Origin: an uncultured delta proteobacterium
GTDB taxonomy: Bacteria; Desulfobacterota; Desulfomonilia; Desulfomonilales; Desulfomonilaceae
DNA: 64,000 bases
Assembly (NCBI GenBank): GCA_963789265.1
Contig: CAWBKB010000001.1
Coordinates: 160,001 to 224,000 of the forward strand
Reading direction: 5' to 3'
Part shown: in pieces, positions 44,539 to 55,487 of the stretch
How positions within the stretch are numbered: position 1 is the first letter of the stretch
Layout of the letters: the number at the start of each line of letters is the position of its first letter
The notes under the pieces: model-generated
What the model saw: only the letters and a program-made list of their open reading frames with translations
Told to the model about the DNA's origin: nothing
The model's database searches: none
Position numbers and translations under genes: made by a program

Positions 44539-45132
44539 ATGGCCCAGGAAAAACAAACAATCCATCGCTGTCCTTGGGTGGATCTCACAAAGCCGGATTA
44601 CGTCGACTATCACGATAAGGAGTGGGGCGTCCCTGTCCATGACGATCGCCTCATATTCGAATACCTCATCCTTGAAGGCGCTCAAGCCGGTCTGAGCTGG
44701 TATACCGTGCTGAGAAAACGGGAGAATTATCGGATCGCCTTTGATCGATTCGACCCTCAAAAGATCGCAAAATATGACGAGAAAAAGGTGCAGGAGCTTC
44801 TTGCAAATTCGGGCATTATCAGAAACAAAGCCAAGATACTCGCGGCGATCAACAATGCCCGAGGATTCCTGGAGATCCGGAAAGAATTTGGAACCTTTGG
44901 TGCGTACATTTGGCGATTTGTTGATGGAAAACCAATTGTAAACAATATCATACAGTTAAAGGATTATCCTGCTACCAGTCGAGAGTCGGATGCGCTGAGC
45001 AAAGACCTGGTGCGAAGAGGCTTCAAGTTTGTCGGATCAAAGGTATGTTATGCCCACATGCAGGCAACCGGAATGGTGAACGACCATACGATTGCTTGCT
45101 TTCGAAGGCAGGAGATCCTTGAGGGATACTAA
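44539..45132 (+). CDS. tag: DNA-3-methyladenine glycosylase I
   Basis: RCPW, YHDKEWG, LEGAQAGLSW, GFKFVG, MQATGMVNDH. Confidence 0.95.
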   Translation: MAQEKQTIHRCPWVDLTKPDYVDYHDKEWGVPVHDDRLIFEYLILEGAQAGLSWYTVLRKRENYRIAFDRFDPQKIAKYDEKKVQELLANSGIIRNKAKILAAINNARGFLEIRKEFGTFGAYIWRFVDGKPIVNNIIQLKDYPATSRESDALSKDLVRRGFKFVGSKVCYAHMQATGMVNDHTIACFRRQEILEGY

Positions 45133-45202
45133 GCAAGTTGGCTGGGCCAAAGCAATTTTCCATGATATGGCCTACAAAAGTTCAGAGATCCAGAGGACTG
45201 CC

Positions 45203-48200
45203 ATGTTCAAACCAAGCAGCCTCATGCCGCTAATGGTAGCTGCGCTTTGTGTTCTTATGTCGTCCTCCTCGCCGGCCCAATCGAAGGATGACGGAGATCG
45301 ATACCTCCAGAAAGGGATACAATTGTACGAGAAGGCCCACTCCCATGAAGACCGGCAGAAGGCTGCTGACAAGTTCAAAGAGGCGCTCGGCATATACAGA
45401 AAGATAGGGGAGGTAAAGGCAGAAGGGCATGCTCTGAGCCACCTGGGTCGGGTCCAAGAGGCCCAGGGCGAGTACGCCAAAGCGGTGGACTCTTACGAAA
45501 AGGCACTGGAAATTGCCCAAAAGATCGGAGACGTAAAGGCTAAAGGGCGTAATCTGAACAACCTGGGTCGTGTCTATGCTGATGAGGACCAGTATGGCAA
45601 AGCGGAGGATTATTGCAAAAAGTCCTTGGTGATGGCGAGAAAGATCGGAGATGGACAGACTGAAGGGTATGCTTTGCACAATTTGGGTCGCGTTCATGCG
45701 GCCCGGGATCAGTATGCCCAGGCGGTGGCATATTACAAAAAGTCCCTGGAGATTAAAAGTAAGATTGGGGACATAAAGGCTGAAGGAGGCACCCTGAACA
45801 ACTTGGGGAGCGTTTATGTGACCCAGGGCGAGTATGCCAAAGCGGAGGACGCTTACGAAAAAGCATTGGATGTCGCCCGAAAGATCGGAGATGGACAGAC
45901 TGAAGGGTATGCTCTCTTCAACCTGGGCCGCGTTCAAGAGGTCCAGGGCGAGTATGCCAAGGCGGTGGGGTATTTTGAGAAATCCGTGGAAATTGCTACA
46001 AAGTTCGGAGACACAAAGCTTGAAGGGACTCGCCTAGACGCTTTGGGTATCGTCTACGCAGATTTGGGTCAGTATGCCAAGGCAGTGGAATACCATGAGA
46101 AGTCCTTGGATATTGCGCAAAAGGTCGGGGACGCAAAGGCTGAAGGACGTACCCTGAGCAACCTGGGTCTCGTGTATAAGGATTGGGGTCAGTATCCTAA
46201 GGCGGCGGAATATTTCCAGAAGTCCGTGGAAATTGCCGGAAAAATCGGTGACGTACAGACTGAAGGGCATGCTTTGGGCAACTTGGGGATCGTCCATGAG
46301 GATTTGGGTCAGTATACCAAGGCGGTGGAATACCACAAGAGGTCCCTGGAGATTGCGCGAAAAATCGGAGACATACGGTCTCAAGGGCATACTTTGGGCA
46401 ACTTGGGTGTCGTGTATGAGGATTTGGGTCAATATGCTAAGGCGGTGGAATACCAGAAGAAGTCCCTGGACATTGCGCGAAAGATCGGAGACGTGAAGGC
46501 TGAAGGGGAAGCCTTGGGCAACCTCGGTCTGGTCTATCAGCATTGGAGTCAATATGCCAAGGCGTCGGAATACTATAAGAAGTCTTTGGAGATTGCCGGA
46601 AAAATCCAGGACGTTCGGTCTGAAGGAGATGCACTGGGCAACCTGGGGCTCCTCTATGGAGATTGGGGCCAATATGCCAAGGCGGCGGAATACCATGAGA
46701 AGTCCTTGGGGAAAGCGCGAAAGATTGGGGACGTACAGTCTGAAGGACTTACACTGGATAATCTTGGTGTCGTCTATGCGCACTGGGGTCAATATGCGAA
46801 GGCAGAGAAATATTTCGAGAAATCCTTGAAGATTGCGCGAAAGATCGGAGACGTACGTTTCTGAAAACCATGATCTGGTCAGCCTGGGCCAGGTCTATGA
46901 GAATTGGGGTCAATATGCCAAGGCGGTAGAATACCATGAGAAGTCCTTGGAAATTGCACGAAAGATCGGGGACGTACGGTCTGAAGGACTTACACTGGGC
47001 AACCTGGGTCTTGTCTTCGAGGCTTGGGGTCAGTATGCCAAGGCGGAAGAGTATTTCGAGAAGTCCTTGGAGATTACGCGAAAGATCGAGGATTTACAGA
47101 ATGAAGGACATGCTCTGGATCACTTGGCGGACGTCTATCATGCTCTCGGGAAAGATGATAGGGCTCTATCCACCTTTCAGCAGGAGCTTGAGATTTATTC
47201 GAAGATCGGTGTCCCCGTGGCAGGCGTCAAGGACTCGATGGGCAATCTCTATCTCGATATGGGGGATGTTAAGAATGCTGAGCCTCTTCTGAAAGAAGGC
47301 AGTTTCTTGTCGTCACTAGGCAGGCTCCAGCTTGTCAAATCAGACTATCAGGGTGCGCAAAAATATTATGAAAGAGTTCGGCATGTCACTGAAAAGAACC
47401 GGGACGTGGACGGCCTCTTTATCGCATATACCGGTCTTGGCACAGCGTACGAGGGAATGGGCGACGACAAAAAGGCGGAAGATTGTTTTGAAAAAGCCGT
47501 GAACCTGACGGAAGACTTGAGATCGAGCCTTCCGATGTCTCAGAGAGAGACTTTCTTTGATGTAAGAATCGGTGGTTTCCTCAGGACAGCACCCTACGAT
47601 GGACTTGCCCGAGTGAGGATAAAGCTGAACAAACCGCTGGAAGCATTCAAGGACTCTGAATACACCAAGTCTCGCGTGTTTGCCGAGGCAATGGCGAGAT
47701 GGTCGGACAAGACCGACTTTAACATTCCCGCGGACGTGCTGAAAACGGACAAAGAACTGAACGATCAACTTGCAGCCTTGAAGAAAAAGAGACAAGAGGC
47801 TTACGAAAAGGCCAATCAGGAGGTCATCTCGGTCATTGAGCCCCAAGTTCAAGAAATGGAAGACCAACTCCAGGCCCATATCATGATGCTGCGCGAAAAA
47901 TATCCCCTTTTTGCCGCGACCAAGTACCCTGAACCCATGGATCTTAGCGAAACGGGTCTCAGGGAGAACGAGTGGGTATTGACGTACCATGTAACCGATC
48001 CAGGAATAATCATCTACCTTACCAAAGGTAAGGAGATCGTTAAGGCTCTGTACAAACCCATCCCCAGGGGGGATTTGGACGGCCTGATTCTCAAGATGAG
48101 AAAACCTCTCGAAATAGTTCCTGGGCGGGACAACTTTGAAAAGAAGTTGCAGTCGTTCGACCTTGTGACCGGAAAGAAGCTCTCAGACTTGCTTCTTTCA

Positions 48201-49173
48201 GATATGCTTAGATATTTGCCTCCTCACATCCCGCTTCTTGTAGTGCCGGACGGTTCCCTTGGTATCTTTCCTCTTGAGATGCTTGTACCTGAACAACAAC
48301 GGTATAATAAAGACGGACAAAAACCTTCCTTACATTTCTGGTGCAGAATTTTTCGGAGACCGAAATCCACTTTCTTATTGCCAGTCCGTGACGGCACTCA
48401 CGTTGTCCAGGATTTATGCGAAGAGCAAAGGTTCTCCGGCCGGTTTGCTAGCCATGGCCGACCCGGTCTTCCAGGTAAAGGACGTCCGAGCGGCACAGGC
48501 TCACGAAACGAAAGAGCCCCAGGGAGTCCTTGCATCGCTGTTCAGGCGTTTGAACCTCATGGCGGCCGAGGGGAACAAACACATGGGCGGTTTGAGCTTC
48601 CCGAGGCTGCCTCTTACAAGAAAGCTCGCCAAAGCGTTGGCTGCGATGTACAGAGGGGATTCAGCCGTGTACACGGGATTTGCCGCAAGTAAAAGCAACT
48701 TCCTGGACAACATCGCTCCACACCTGAATCGATACAATGAGGTAGTCTTTGCTACTCATGGTTACCTCGGCAAGGATTTACCCGGGATCATGGAACCTGT
48801 ACTGGTCCTGACTCTCATTCCTCCCGGCACGGATGGTTACCTCAAGATGACTGAAGTGATGGGCTTGAAAATGAATGCTGACATTGTCGCGTTGACGGCC
48901 TGTCAAACAGGTCTGGGTAAACGACTGGCCAGTGAAGGAACGATGGGAATGGGCCGGGCTTTCCAATACGCCGGGGCACGGAGAGTACTGATGAGCTTGT
49001 GGTCCGTGTCGGAGTATACGTCGGTGAAATTGGTGAAGCGATTCTTCGAGCACACGAAGTCGGGCAAGACGAAGTTGGAGTCCCTTGACCTTGCTCGCAA
49101 AGAGATCCGAGCAGAGGGTTTTGATCATCCATTCTTTTGGGCTGCTTTCATTCTCGTGGGGGAAGAGAACTGA
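45203..49173 (+). CDS. Exported TPR-CHAT protease 6 (about 15 TPR repeats; +1 frameshifts near 46860 and 48288)
   Basis: Three ORFs join colinearly; FATHG and LTACQTG; HPFFWAAFILVG. Confidence 0.9.
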
Positions 49174-49259
49174 CGCCAACTTAAAGCTGTCCTATGATAG
49201 AAGTCAGATTGCAGACGCCGGCAAATTATGTAAAGGCGTTTTTGGAAAGGAGGGGTGCC

Positions 49260-49793
49260 ATGAGTTCAAACCAACAAAAAAAGGGCTCACGAAGGTTTTT
49301 TGCCAGGCAGGTTCTACTTTTGGTGATAACCATTATCCTCGTGGTCTTTTTCACCGTTCCTTTGCTGAAAACTGTCAAATCGGCTCTGAATCCGGGAGAG
49401 CTGACCGCGAAAGTGGAGAGCACCGCTGAGGCGGCGTCGGGGCTTCACGCAAAGTTAAACGTGGTTCGTTCCAAGATGCTGATGGGAGCCGGTGACGAGA
49501 AGGCCCAGGAAAAGCTCAAAAAGCAAGTGGAAGAGTTAAAGCGGCAGATAGCTATGAAGGAAAAGGAGAACAAGCACCTACAGGACGAAGTTGCTATGGT
49601 GCAAACATTGCTCCACGTGGTGAAGCCGCCGGCTGCGACCGTATCTACCGTGCCGTCGATAGACTTTGGGCAGAAGGTGATCCAATTTCTGACCCAGGTT
49701 TTCGGGTGTGTCGCATCCCTATTCAGCGGGGGAATGTTTGTGTTTTCCTGGTTGAAAAATCGCCGTGCAGCACCACAGAATGCGGAAGAATGA
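49260..49793 (+). CDS. Hypothetical TM-coiled-coil-TM protein downstream of CHAT6
   Basis: AGGAGG RBS; paralog of 23970-24485. Confidence 0.75.
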   Translation: MSSNQQKKGSRRFFARQVLLLVITIILVVFFTVPLLKTVKSALNPGELTAKVESTAEAASGLHAKLNVVRSKMLMGAGDEKAQEKLKKQVEELKRQIAMKEKENKHLQDEVAMVQTLLHVVKPPAATVSTVPSIDFGQKVIQFLTQVFGCVASLFSGGMFVFSWLKNRRAAPQNAEE

Positions 49794-50010
49794 CGTCTGC
49801 AAAGGCTCTAGTTTTCGGATCGTACGTTGTCGCCTTCTCAAGCTCACCACGGCCGCTCCTGACCGTCACGGAGATCGTTACTTTTTTGATTTCCACAATG
49901 CACCGCGATTTGGAGGGCATTTTCGCCGCGGAGATCCCTGGATCAGAGCCTGCCACGGACTCTGATCCGGGGGTCGGGGCAGGCTCTGAGACCTCTGCGG
50001 TGAACCATTG

Positions 50011-51201
50011 TTAAAAACCGCCTACGCCGATCCCCAAAGGCCCGATCCGAAGCGCTCTTCCCGACGGTAAACCAGGCGACTGTTGGTCGCTCCCGTTATC
50101 TTCATTTTCACTTTTCATCTCATTAATTTCTTTATCAAATTCCCTGTCAGCCTTGGTGAAGTCGGAGTCGCTGTCAGATTGTTGCCGTTTGTAACCGGTG
50201 CCCTGTGACGCCTCTCGCCGCTCCTTTTTCGCGCCGGAAGTAGCCTCTTTCGAAGGGAACAGACCCGGGGCCTGAATCTGTCGGGCACTCACCCATCCTG
50301 CCATTGGTTCGACTACTTGGGCCCAACCGTTTTGCACTGTACTGCTCAGTTTCAGCTTTGTACCGTTAGGCAAGCAGCCGATCTTTTCATGATCGGTTCC
50401 CGGACCGTTCCTTACTCGAAGGCATTGCTCGGGATAGTCGACCGCGATGACCGATGCCTCGGAATTGCCTGACCCGAGAGAACTCGCGGCAATCCACCCG
50501 TCCCGAATGGGCACAGACAACTTGAGCCAACCGTTGCTCGCCTCCCCAACGTACGTGACTTTGGCCCCGGCGGGAAGATATGCAATGACCTGTCCTTTTG
50601 AAGATGGTTCCGCTCGAACCGTTAGCCCAGCCGAGCTGTCGGCTTCGCGAACGATACCTTCATGGAGCTGTGCCGTCGCCGCGGCAGCCGGGCGCTCCGT
50701 CCGAATTTGAGCCTGCGGCGCGGCAACCGGCGCCGACGCCATACCTGAAACTCTTTCATGTGATTTGAGCAAGGCCTGAACCTGCGTATTACCTGTGGCT
50801 TGAGCTATGTCCAGGGCTGTGCGGCTCTGCTGGTCCTTGGCGGAAACATTCGCGGCCTTCGCAAGCAGGAGCTTTACTATATCCACATATCCTCCGGATG
50901 CCGCGGCCATCAGAGGAGTGATCCCGGTGGTTGTTTTAGCGTTAACGTTGGCGCCTCGCTCCAGGAGCAATTTCACTACGTCTGAATGACCCTTCACCGA
51001 GGCAAAGATCAGGGGAGTCGCTCCAGCCTCGTTCTTGACTTCAACATTTGCGCCGTTGTCCAGAAATGATTTAACCAAATTTGTTTGCCCTGCTGCCGCC
51101 GCATCCAGTAGGACAGACTCCAGGTTTGGGCTTTGAGCCGCCAATAAGCAAGTCGGGATAGCCAAAAGCGCTACAGCGACGAATGTGATGAACTTGTTCA
51201 T
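50011..51201 (-). CDS. Exported ankyrin-repeat protein with two SH3b domains
   Basis: TPLIFAS and TPLMAAA ankyrin repeats; LTVRAEPS...GW and LRVRNGPG...GWV. Confidence 0.85.
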   Translation of the reverse strand: MNKFITFVAVALLAIPTCLLAAQSPNLESVLLDAAAAGQTNLVKSFLDNGANVEVKNEAGATPLIFASVKGHSDVVKLLLERGANVNAKTTTGITPLMAAASGGYVDIVKLLLAKAANVSAKDQQSRTALDIAQATGNTQVQALLKSHERVSGMASAPVAAPQAQIRTERPAAAATAQLHEGIVREADSSAGLTVRAEPSSKGQVIAYLPAGAKVTYVGEASNGWLKLSVPIRDGWIAASSLGSGNSEASVIAVDYPEQCLRVRNGPGTDHEKIGCLPNGTKLKLSSTVQNGWAQVVEPMAGWVSARQIQAPGLFPSKEATSGAKKERREASQGTGYKRQQSDSDSDFTKADREFDKEINEMKSENEDNGSDQQSPGLPSGRALRIGPLGIGVGGF

Positions 51202-51443
51202 TTTCTTTCTCCCATCGATTCTATCGGGTTTTTATAAGGCCGATGTTTTTGCTTACTTGAACTCGAACTTACCCCTCGCGAAAATGTGCAGTTAGGCACC
51301 CACTATCAAACAAAGAAGATGCGGTTCTTGAGCAATTGATTCAAAATTGATATTTCTCTGGGAATAAGCGAGAAGGGGCTGCAAATCGAGGAGGGACTCT
51401 GTGAGGGAAGTTGGATTAAGTTTCTGGTTCCCAAGCAGAGCCT

Positions 51444-51838
51444 CATATGCGCTAACTTAATAGAATACAATTGTTATTTCAGTTGCTTATCACCAGCCCC
51501 TTGCCCCCTCCCTTGAAGGGCAATGCTGTTGACTTAAGCCGCATGCCTCTTGTCCAGGAGCTTTTCCTTCGACGGGCCTTCACCTCGTCATTCCGGCGGA
51601 GGCCGGAATCCAGGTTTTCCTAATCTCCCCTGGACCCCGGCCTTCGCCGGGGTGACGGTGGGGTAGACGGAGGTCCCTTAAGTCAACAGCATTGGGTTTG
51701 AAACCCGCCTCTACTATGTCTTGGGAGAGGGCAGGGTGAGGGAATTCGTGCTACGATTCAGGCTTGTAGGATGTGCTGACCCCACGTCTCGCGGGGTCAG
51801 CACATCCTACAAGATGGCTGCTTAACTTAACGCATATG
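51444..51838. mobile_element. Composite MITE (catatgcgctaacttaa...ttaacttaacgcatatg ends) with nested elements
   Basis: Terminal inverted repeats; contains the 174-bp element and a long hairpin at 51763-51813. Confidence 0.6.
51521..51694. mobile_element. 174-bp MITE with CAATGCTGTTGACTTAAG TIRs (IS4-family-like ends), copy 1
   Basis: Perfect 18-bp TIR; near-identical inverted copy at 57121-57294. Confidence 0.85.
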
Positions 51839-51878
51839 TGCTTGCGCCGGAATGACGACCACGACCCTTACCTTTATC

Positions 51879-51921
51879 AGGGTAATTTTCGGTCCTGAAC
51901 CGAAGAGCCGAAAATTACCCT
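51879..51921 (-). terminator. Hairpin downstream of 51946-53007, possible terminator
   Basis: agggtaattttcgg...ccgaaaattaccct stem. Confidence 0.5.
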
Positions 51922-51945
51922 GTTTGTCTCACCTCACTCCGAAAC

Positions 51946-53007
51946 TCAATGCACACACAGGTCAACCGCAGGATTGCACACAACCTGTGGTGGCTGATTT
52001 GACTGAGCCGGCGGCGGGGTTGGCGCGGTTGATACCTGTACCTGCGCAGCCGGTGTTGTTGACTGAGCCGGCGGCGGGTTTGGCGCGGTTGCTACCGGTG
52101 CCTGGGTAGGCGGTAGTGGCAAAACCGCATTTCCTCCGTGTCCCCCGCCATGCCCGCCATGGTTCCACTTTGGATGAGTCCCAAAAGGACTACCGATTTT
52201 GTTGATCATTGCTTGTTTCGCCCTTGCTTTAGCGGCTTGTTCCGCTTGCCAAGCCTTCGAATGATTCTGTTGTGTCGGAATAAAGGGCACATAAGGACTA
52301 CCGATTTTGTTGATCATTGCCTTTCCGGCCCCGGCATTGGTATGCAATGAGTCTAACACCATACACCCCCCCCCCGACAGAATGTCCGGTATACACAAAG
52401 GAGGACCGCTGTTAGCCGGCGGCGGGGTTGATCCCGGTACCCGCGCAGGTCCTGGTGGCAAGACTCCATTTCCTCCGTTTCCCCCGTATCCCCCGCTCTT
52501 ATTCCACGCGTCTTGTTGCGCCTTTGCTTTAGCAGCTTGCATCGCTTGCCAAGCCTTCGAGTGATTCTGTAGTAGATTCGGATTAAAGGTCCCAAAAGGC
52601 TTACCGATATCGATCGATTTTCCGGCGTTGTCACGGTGGAATATACTCGGATTGTCTACGGCATTTGTTATGTTCTGTTGTGTCGGATTAAAGGTCCCAT
52701 AAGGCTTACCGATATTGATATTGAACGGTCCTTTCCCGGCATCGGTATGGTTGAAAAATTTACTGATATTGCCGCCTACACTAGGTGCGTTCTTCGTGTA
52801 ACCGGGGTTCGGGGATTTGTATAACTTCGGCGCTACATATTTGTCGTTTTTTTTAAAGAATTGGCGTTTGAACCTCGGCTTCGGCACCTGCTTGATTTGG
52901 TATGTCTGGGAGACCGAGGCTGCCATGGAAGGCGAAACTCCCCATAATAAGCCCAGGCAGAGACCTACGGCTAACAATCCCATCATCAGATTCTTGTTGT
53001 ATTCCAT
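51946..53007 (-). CDS. Secreted low-complexity protein with internal repeats
   Basis: AGGAG RBS, signal peptide, repeated AGK..INIG.P.GTFNPTQQN and HSKAWQA units. Confidence 0.7.
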   Translation of the reverse strand: MEYNKNLMMGLLAVGLCLGLLWGVSPSMAASVSQTYQIKQVPKPRFKRQFFKKNDKYVAPKLYKSPNPGYTKNAPSVGGNISKFFNHTDAGKGPFNINIGKPYGTFNPTQQNITNAVDNPSIFHRDNAGKSIDIGKPFGTFNPNLLQNHSKAWQAMQAAKAKAQQDAWNKSGGYGGNGGNGVLPPGPARVPGSTPPPANSGPPLCIPDILSGGGCMVLDSLHTNAGAGKAMINKIGSPYVPFIPTQQNHSKAWQAEQAAKARAKQAMINKIGSPFGTHPKWNHGGHGGGHGGNAVLPLPPTQAPVATAPNPPPAQSTTPAAQVQVSTAPTPPPAQSNQPPQVVCNPAVDLCVH

Positions 53008-53133
53008 TGTCTTGGCTCCTTGTTATCTGTGCGCCTTTCCGGCCGCTCAGCAAAACCGGCCACCGGCGGAGGCAAAGTCGGGATAGTGAGAAGCGCTACA
53101 GCGATGAATGTGACGATCTTGTTCATTTCTTTT

Positions 53134-53289
53134 GTAACCATTCACTCTCGCGGGGGAAGAACCACGGGGCTTGTTTGTCATTGCGAGCGCAGCGAAGCAA
53201 TCTCGTTGGATTTACTGGATTAAAAGAGAGATTGCTTCGTCACTTCGCTCCTCGCAATGACAGCTTGCCGCACTTAAGTGAATGGAAAC
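53134..53289. mobile_element. MITE with GTAACCATTCA ends, copy 2, with perfect 8-bp TSD tttctttt
   Basis: TSD at 53126-53133 and 53290-53297; an empty paralogous site exists near 55465. Confidence 0.85.
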
Positions 53290-53312
53290 TTTCTTTTCTC
53301 CTGTCAATTCTA

Positions 53313-55464
53313 TCAGTGCTTCTTATAGAGATTGCGTCTTCCTGTTCCTTGCGATCCTGCTGCTGAGGAATTCCAATTTTGAGCCTTTGAATTTGTGTTA
53401 TAATTTTTCGTCGAGTTGTTTTGGGGCTGATAGCTATTACCCTTCGAAAATTCGTAGCTTCTTACTGTTCCTTTCGATCCTGCTGAGGAATTCCAATTTG
53501 GAGACTTTGATTTTGCCTTATAATTTTTCGTCGAGTTGTTTTTGGGCTGATAGTTATTACCCTTCGAAAATTCGTAGCTTCTTACTGTTCCTTTCGATCC
53601 TGCTGAGGAAGTCTTAATTGGAGACTTTGATTTTGCCTTGGCGCCCTTGATGCCTCCTTTTGACTTGCCCTGAATCTGGTTCAGCACATCGGCGTTAACG
53701 CTCCGCCCGGTGGCTGTGAGGCCCTGTGGCGTCGTGTTTGCATTAAGCGTCTTTGCGGCCGCGCCTTTAACAGTACCGGAAACGCTTTTTACAGTGCCGT
53801 TCGAGTTAAACGTTGTGGTTGTTGAATTGCCTTTGGCATTAAAAGTAGATGTTGCCGTCTTCTTGCCGTTCGAGTTAAACGTTGTGGTTGTTCCATTGCC
53901 TTTGCCATCATCAGTTGTAGTGCTTGTTTTCTTGCCGTTCTTGTCAAACTTTGTGGTTATTTCATTTCCTTTGCCATCACCAGTGCTAGTGCTTGTTTTC
54001 TTGCCGTTCTTGTCAAACTTTGTGAAGGTTCCTGCCCCGTTCTTGTCCTTGGTCAGTACTTGCGACCCAGTTTGGGTTTTTGTCACAGTAGTCGTCGACC
54101 CGTCAGATTTCTTTGTCCGAGTAGTCGTCGACCCGTCAGATTTCTTTGTCACAGTAGTAGTCGTCCCGTTAGGGTGTTTAATCACAGTAGTCGTCGACCC
54201 GTCGGAGTTTTTTGTCACAGTTGCGTTCTTCCCCACCGAGTTTTGCGGGCTCGCGGCCGTGAGGCCCTGTGGCGTCGTGTTTGCATTAAGCGTATTTGCG
54301 GCGGTGCCTTTAACAGTACCGGAAACGCTTTTTACAGTGCCGTCCGAGTTAAACGTTGTGGTTGTTGAATTGCCTTTGTTATCACCAGTGCTAGTGCTTG
54401 TTTTCTGGCCGTTCGAGTCAAATTCTGTTACGGTCTCTGTCCCTTTATTCTTATCAAACGTACCTGTCATTCTCTTGTTGCCGTTCGAGTCAAAGGCTGT
54501 GAAGGTTCCATTCCCTGTCTTGTCCGTGTTCATTACGGCCGACCCGCCAGGGAAGTTTGTCACAGTAGTCGTCGACCCGTCAGGTTTTTTTGTCTCAGTA
54601 GACGTCGACCCGCCAGGGAAGTTTGTCACAGTAGACGTCGACCCGTCAGGGTTTTTTGTCGCGGTAGACGTTGACCCGTCAGGGTTTGCTGTCACAGTAG
54701 TGGCTGGACTTGGGGCCGGGCCCGCGTTCGCGGGCAACTGCTGGGGATTCTGGACCGCGGCTACTTGGCCCGAATCCGATTGCTGACCGCCCAGGACTTG
54801 ACCTAGTATCGGCCCGATTATGGGATTATTAAGGAGCCCACCAACAGGGCCGCCCTGTTGACCGGCAGGGAATTCGTCACTGCCTTGGCTAAGGTCAGGC
54901 ATTGGCTCGCTTGGTTCACTGTCCGGGGAACCGGAATCGGAAATCTCCGCGGGCATTGGCCGGCTATTGCTTGTGCCCGGTGACGCGACACGAGGCCTTT
55001 CCGGAGCCGAACCTTTCTGGGCCGCCTTCAGTAAATCAGCGACTTCCGACTTGCCTGCGGCTTCAGCCATACTCAGCGCGGTGAGGCCCTGCTGGTCCTT
55101 GGTGGAAACATCCGCGCCCTTCGCAAGCAGGAGCTTTACTATATCCACATATCCTCCGGCCGCCGCGGCCATCAGAGGAGTGATGCCGGTGTTTGTCCTG
55201 GCGTTGACCTTCGCTCCTCCGTCGAGGAGTAATGCGACTACCTCCTTTTGCCCTTTGGCAGAGGCAAATATTAGGGGGGTTGCTCCAGCGTCGTTCTTGA
55301 CTTCGATGTTCGCGCCCTTGTCGAGAAACGACTTTACTATCTCTGTCTGTCCTGCCGACGCGGCTTCCAACAGTACCCGACTGCAGGTCATGGCTTTGAG
55401 CCGCCAACAAGTATGTCGGTATAGTGAGAAGCGCTACAGCGATGAATGTGACGATCTTGTTCAT
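53313..55464 (-). CDS. Secreted ankyrin-repeat protein with Thr/Gly-rich beta-hairpin repeats and a basic repeat tail (frameshift near 55380)
   Basis: N-terminus paralogous to 50011-51201; NPDGSTST and FDKNGKKT repeats. Confidence 0.8.
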
Positions 55465-55487
55465 TTCTATTCTCCTAATCAATTCTA

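Noticed and set aside
45400..47200. 120-bp periodic repeats as a CRISPR array or DGR template/variable pair
   Set aside because: They are in-frame TPR coding repeats. There is no repeat-spacer structure, no adenine-specific pattern was evident, and no reverse transcriptase or cas gene is in the window.
53340..53640. Tandem 120-bp repeats as a non-coding array
   Set aside because: They encode the C-terminal tail of ORF 53313-55464 on the minus strand.
53710..54786. Long plus-strand ORF (358 aa) and similar antisense ORFs such as 5102-6145 and 25341-26252
   Set aside because: Shadows of well-supported genes on the opposite strand, with no motifs of their own.
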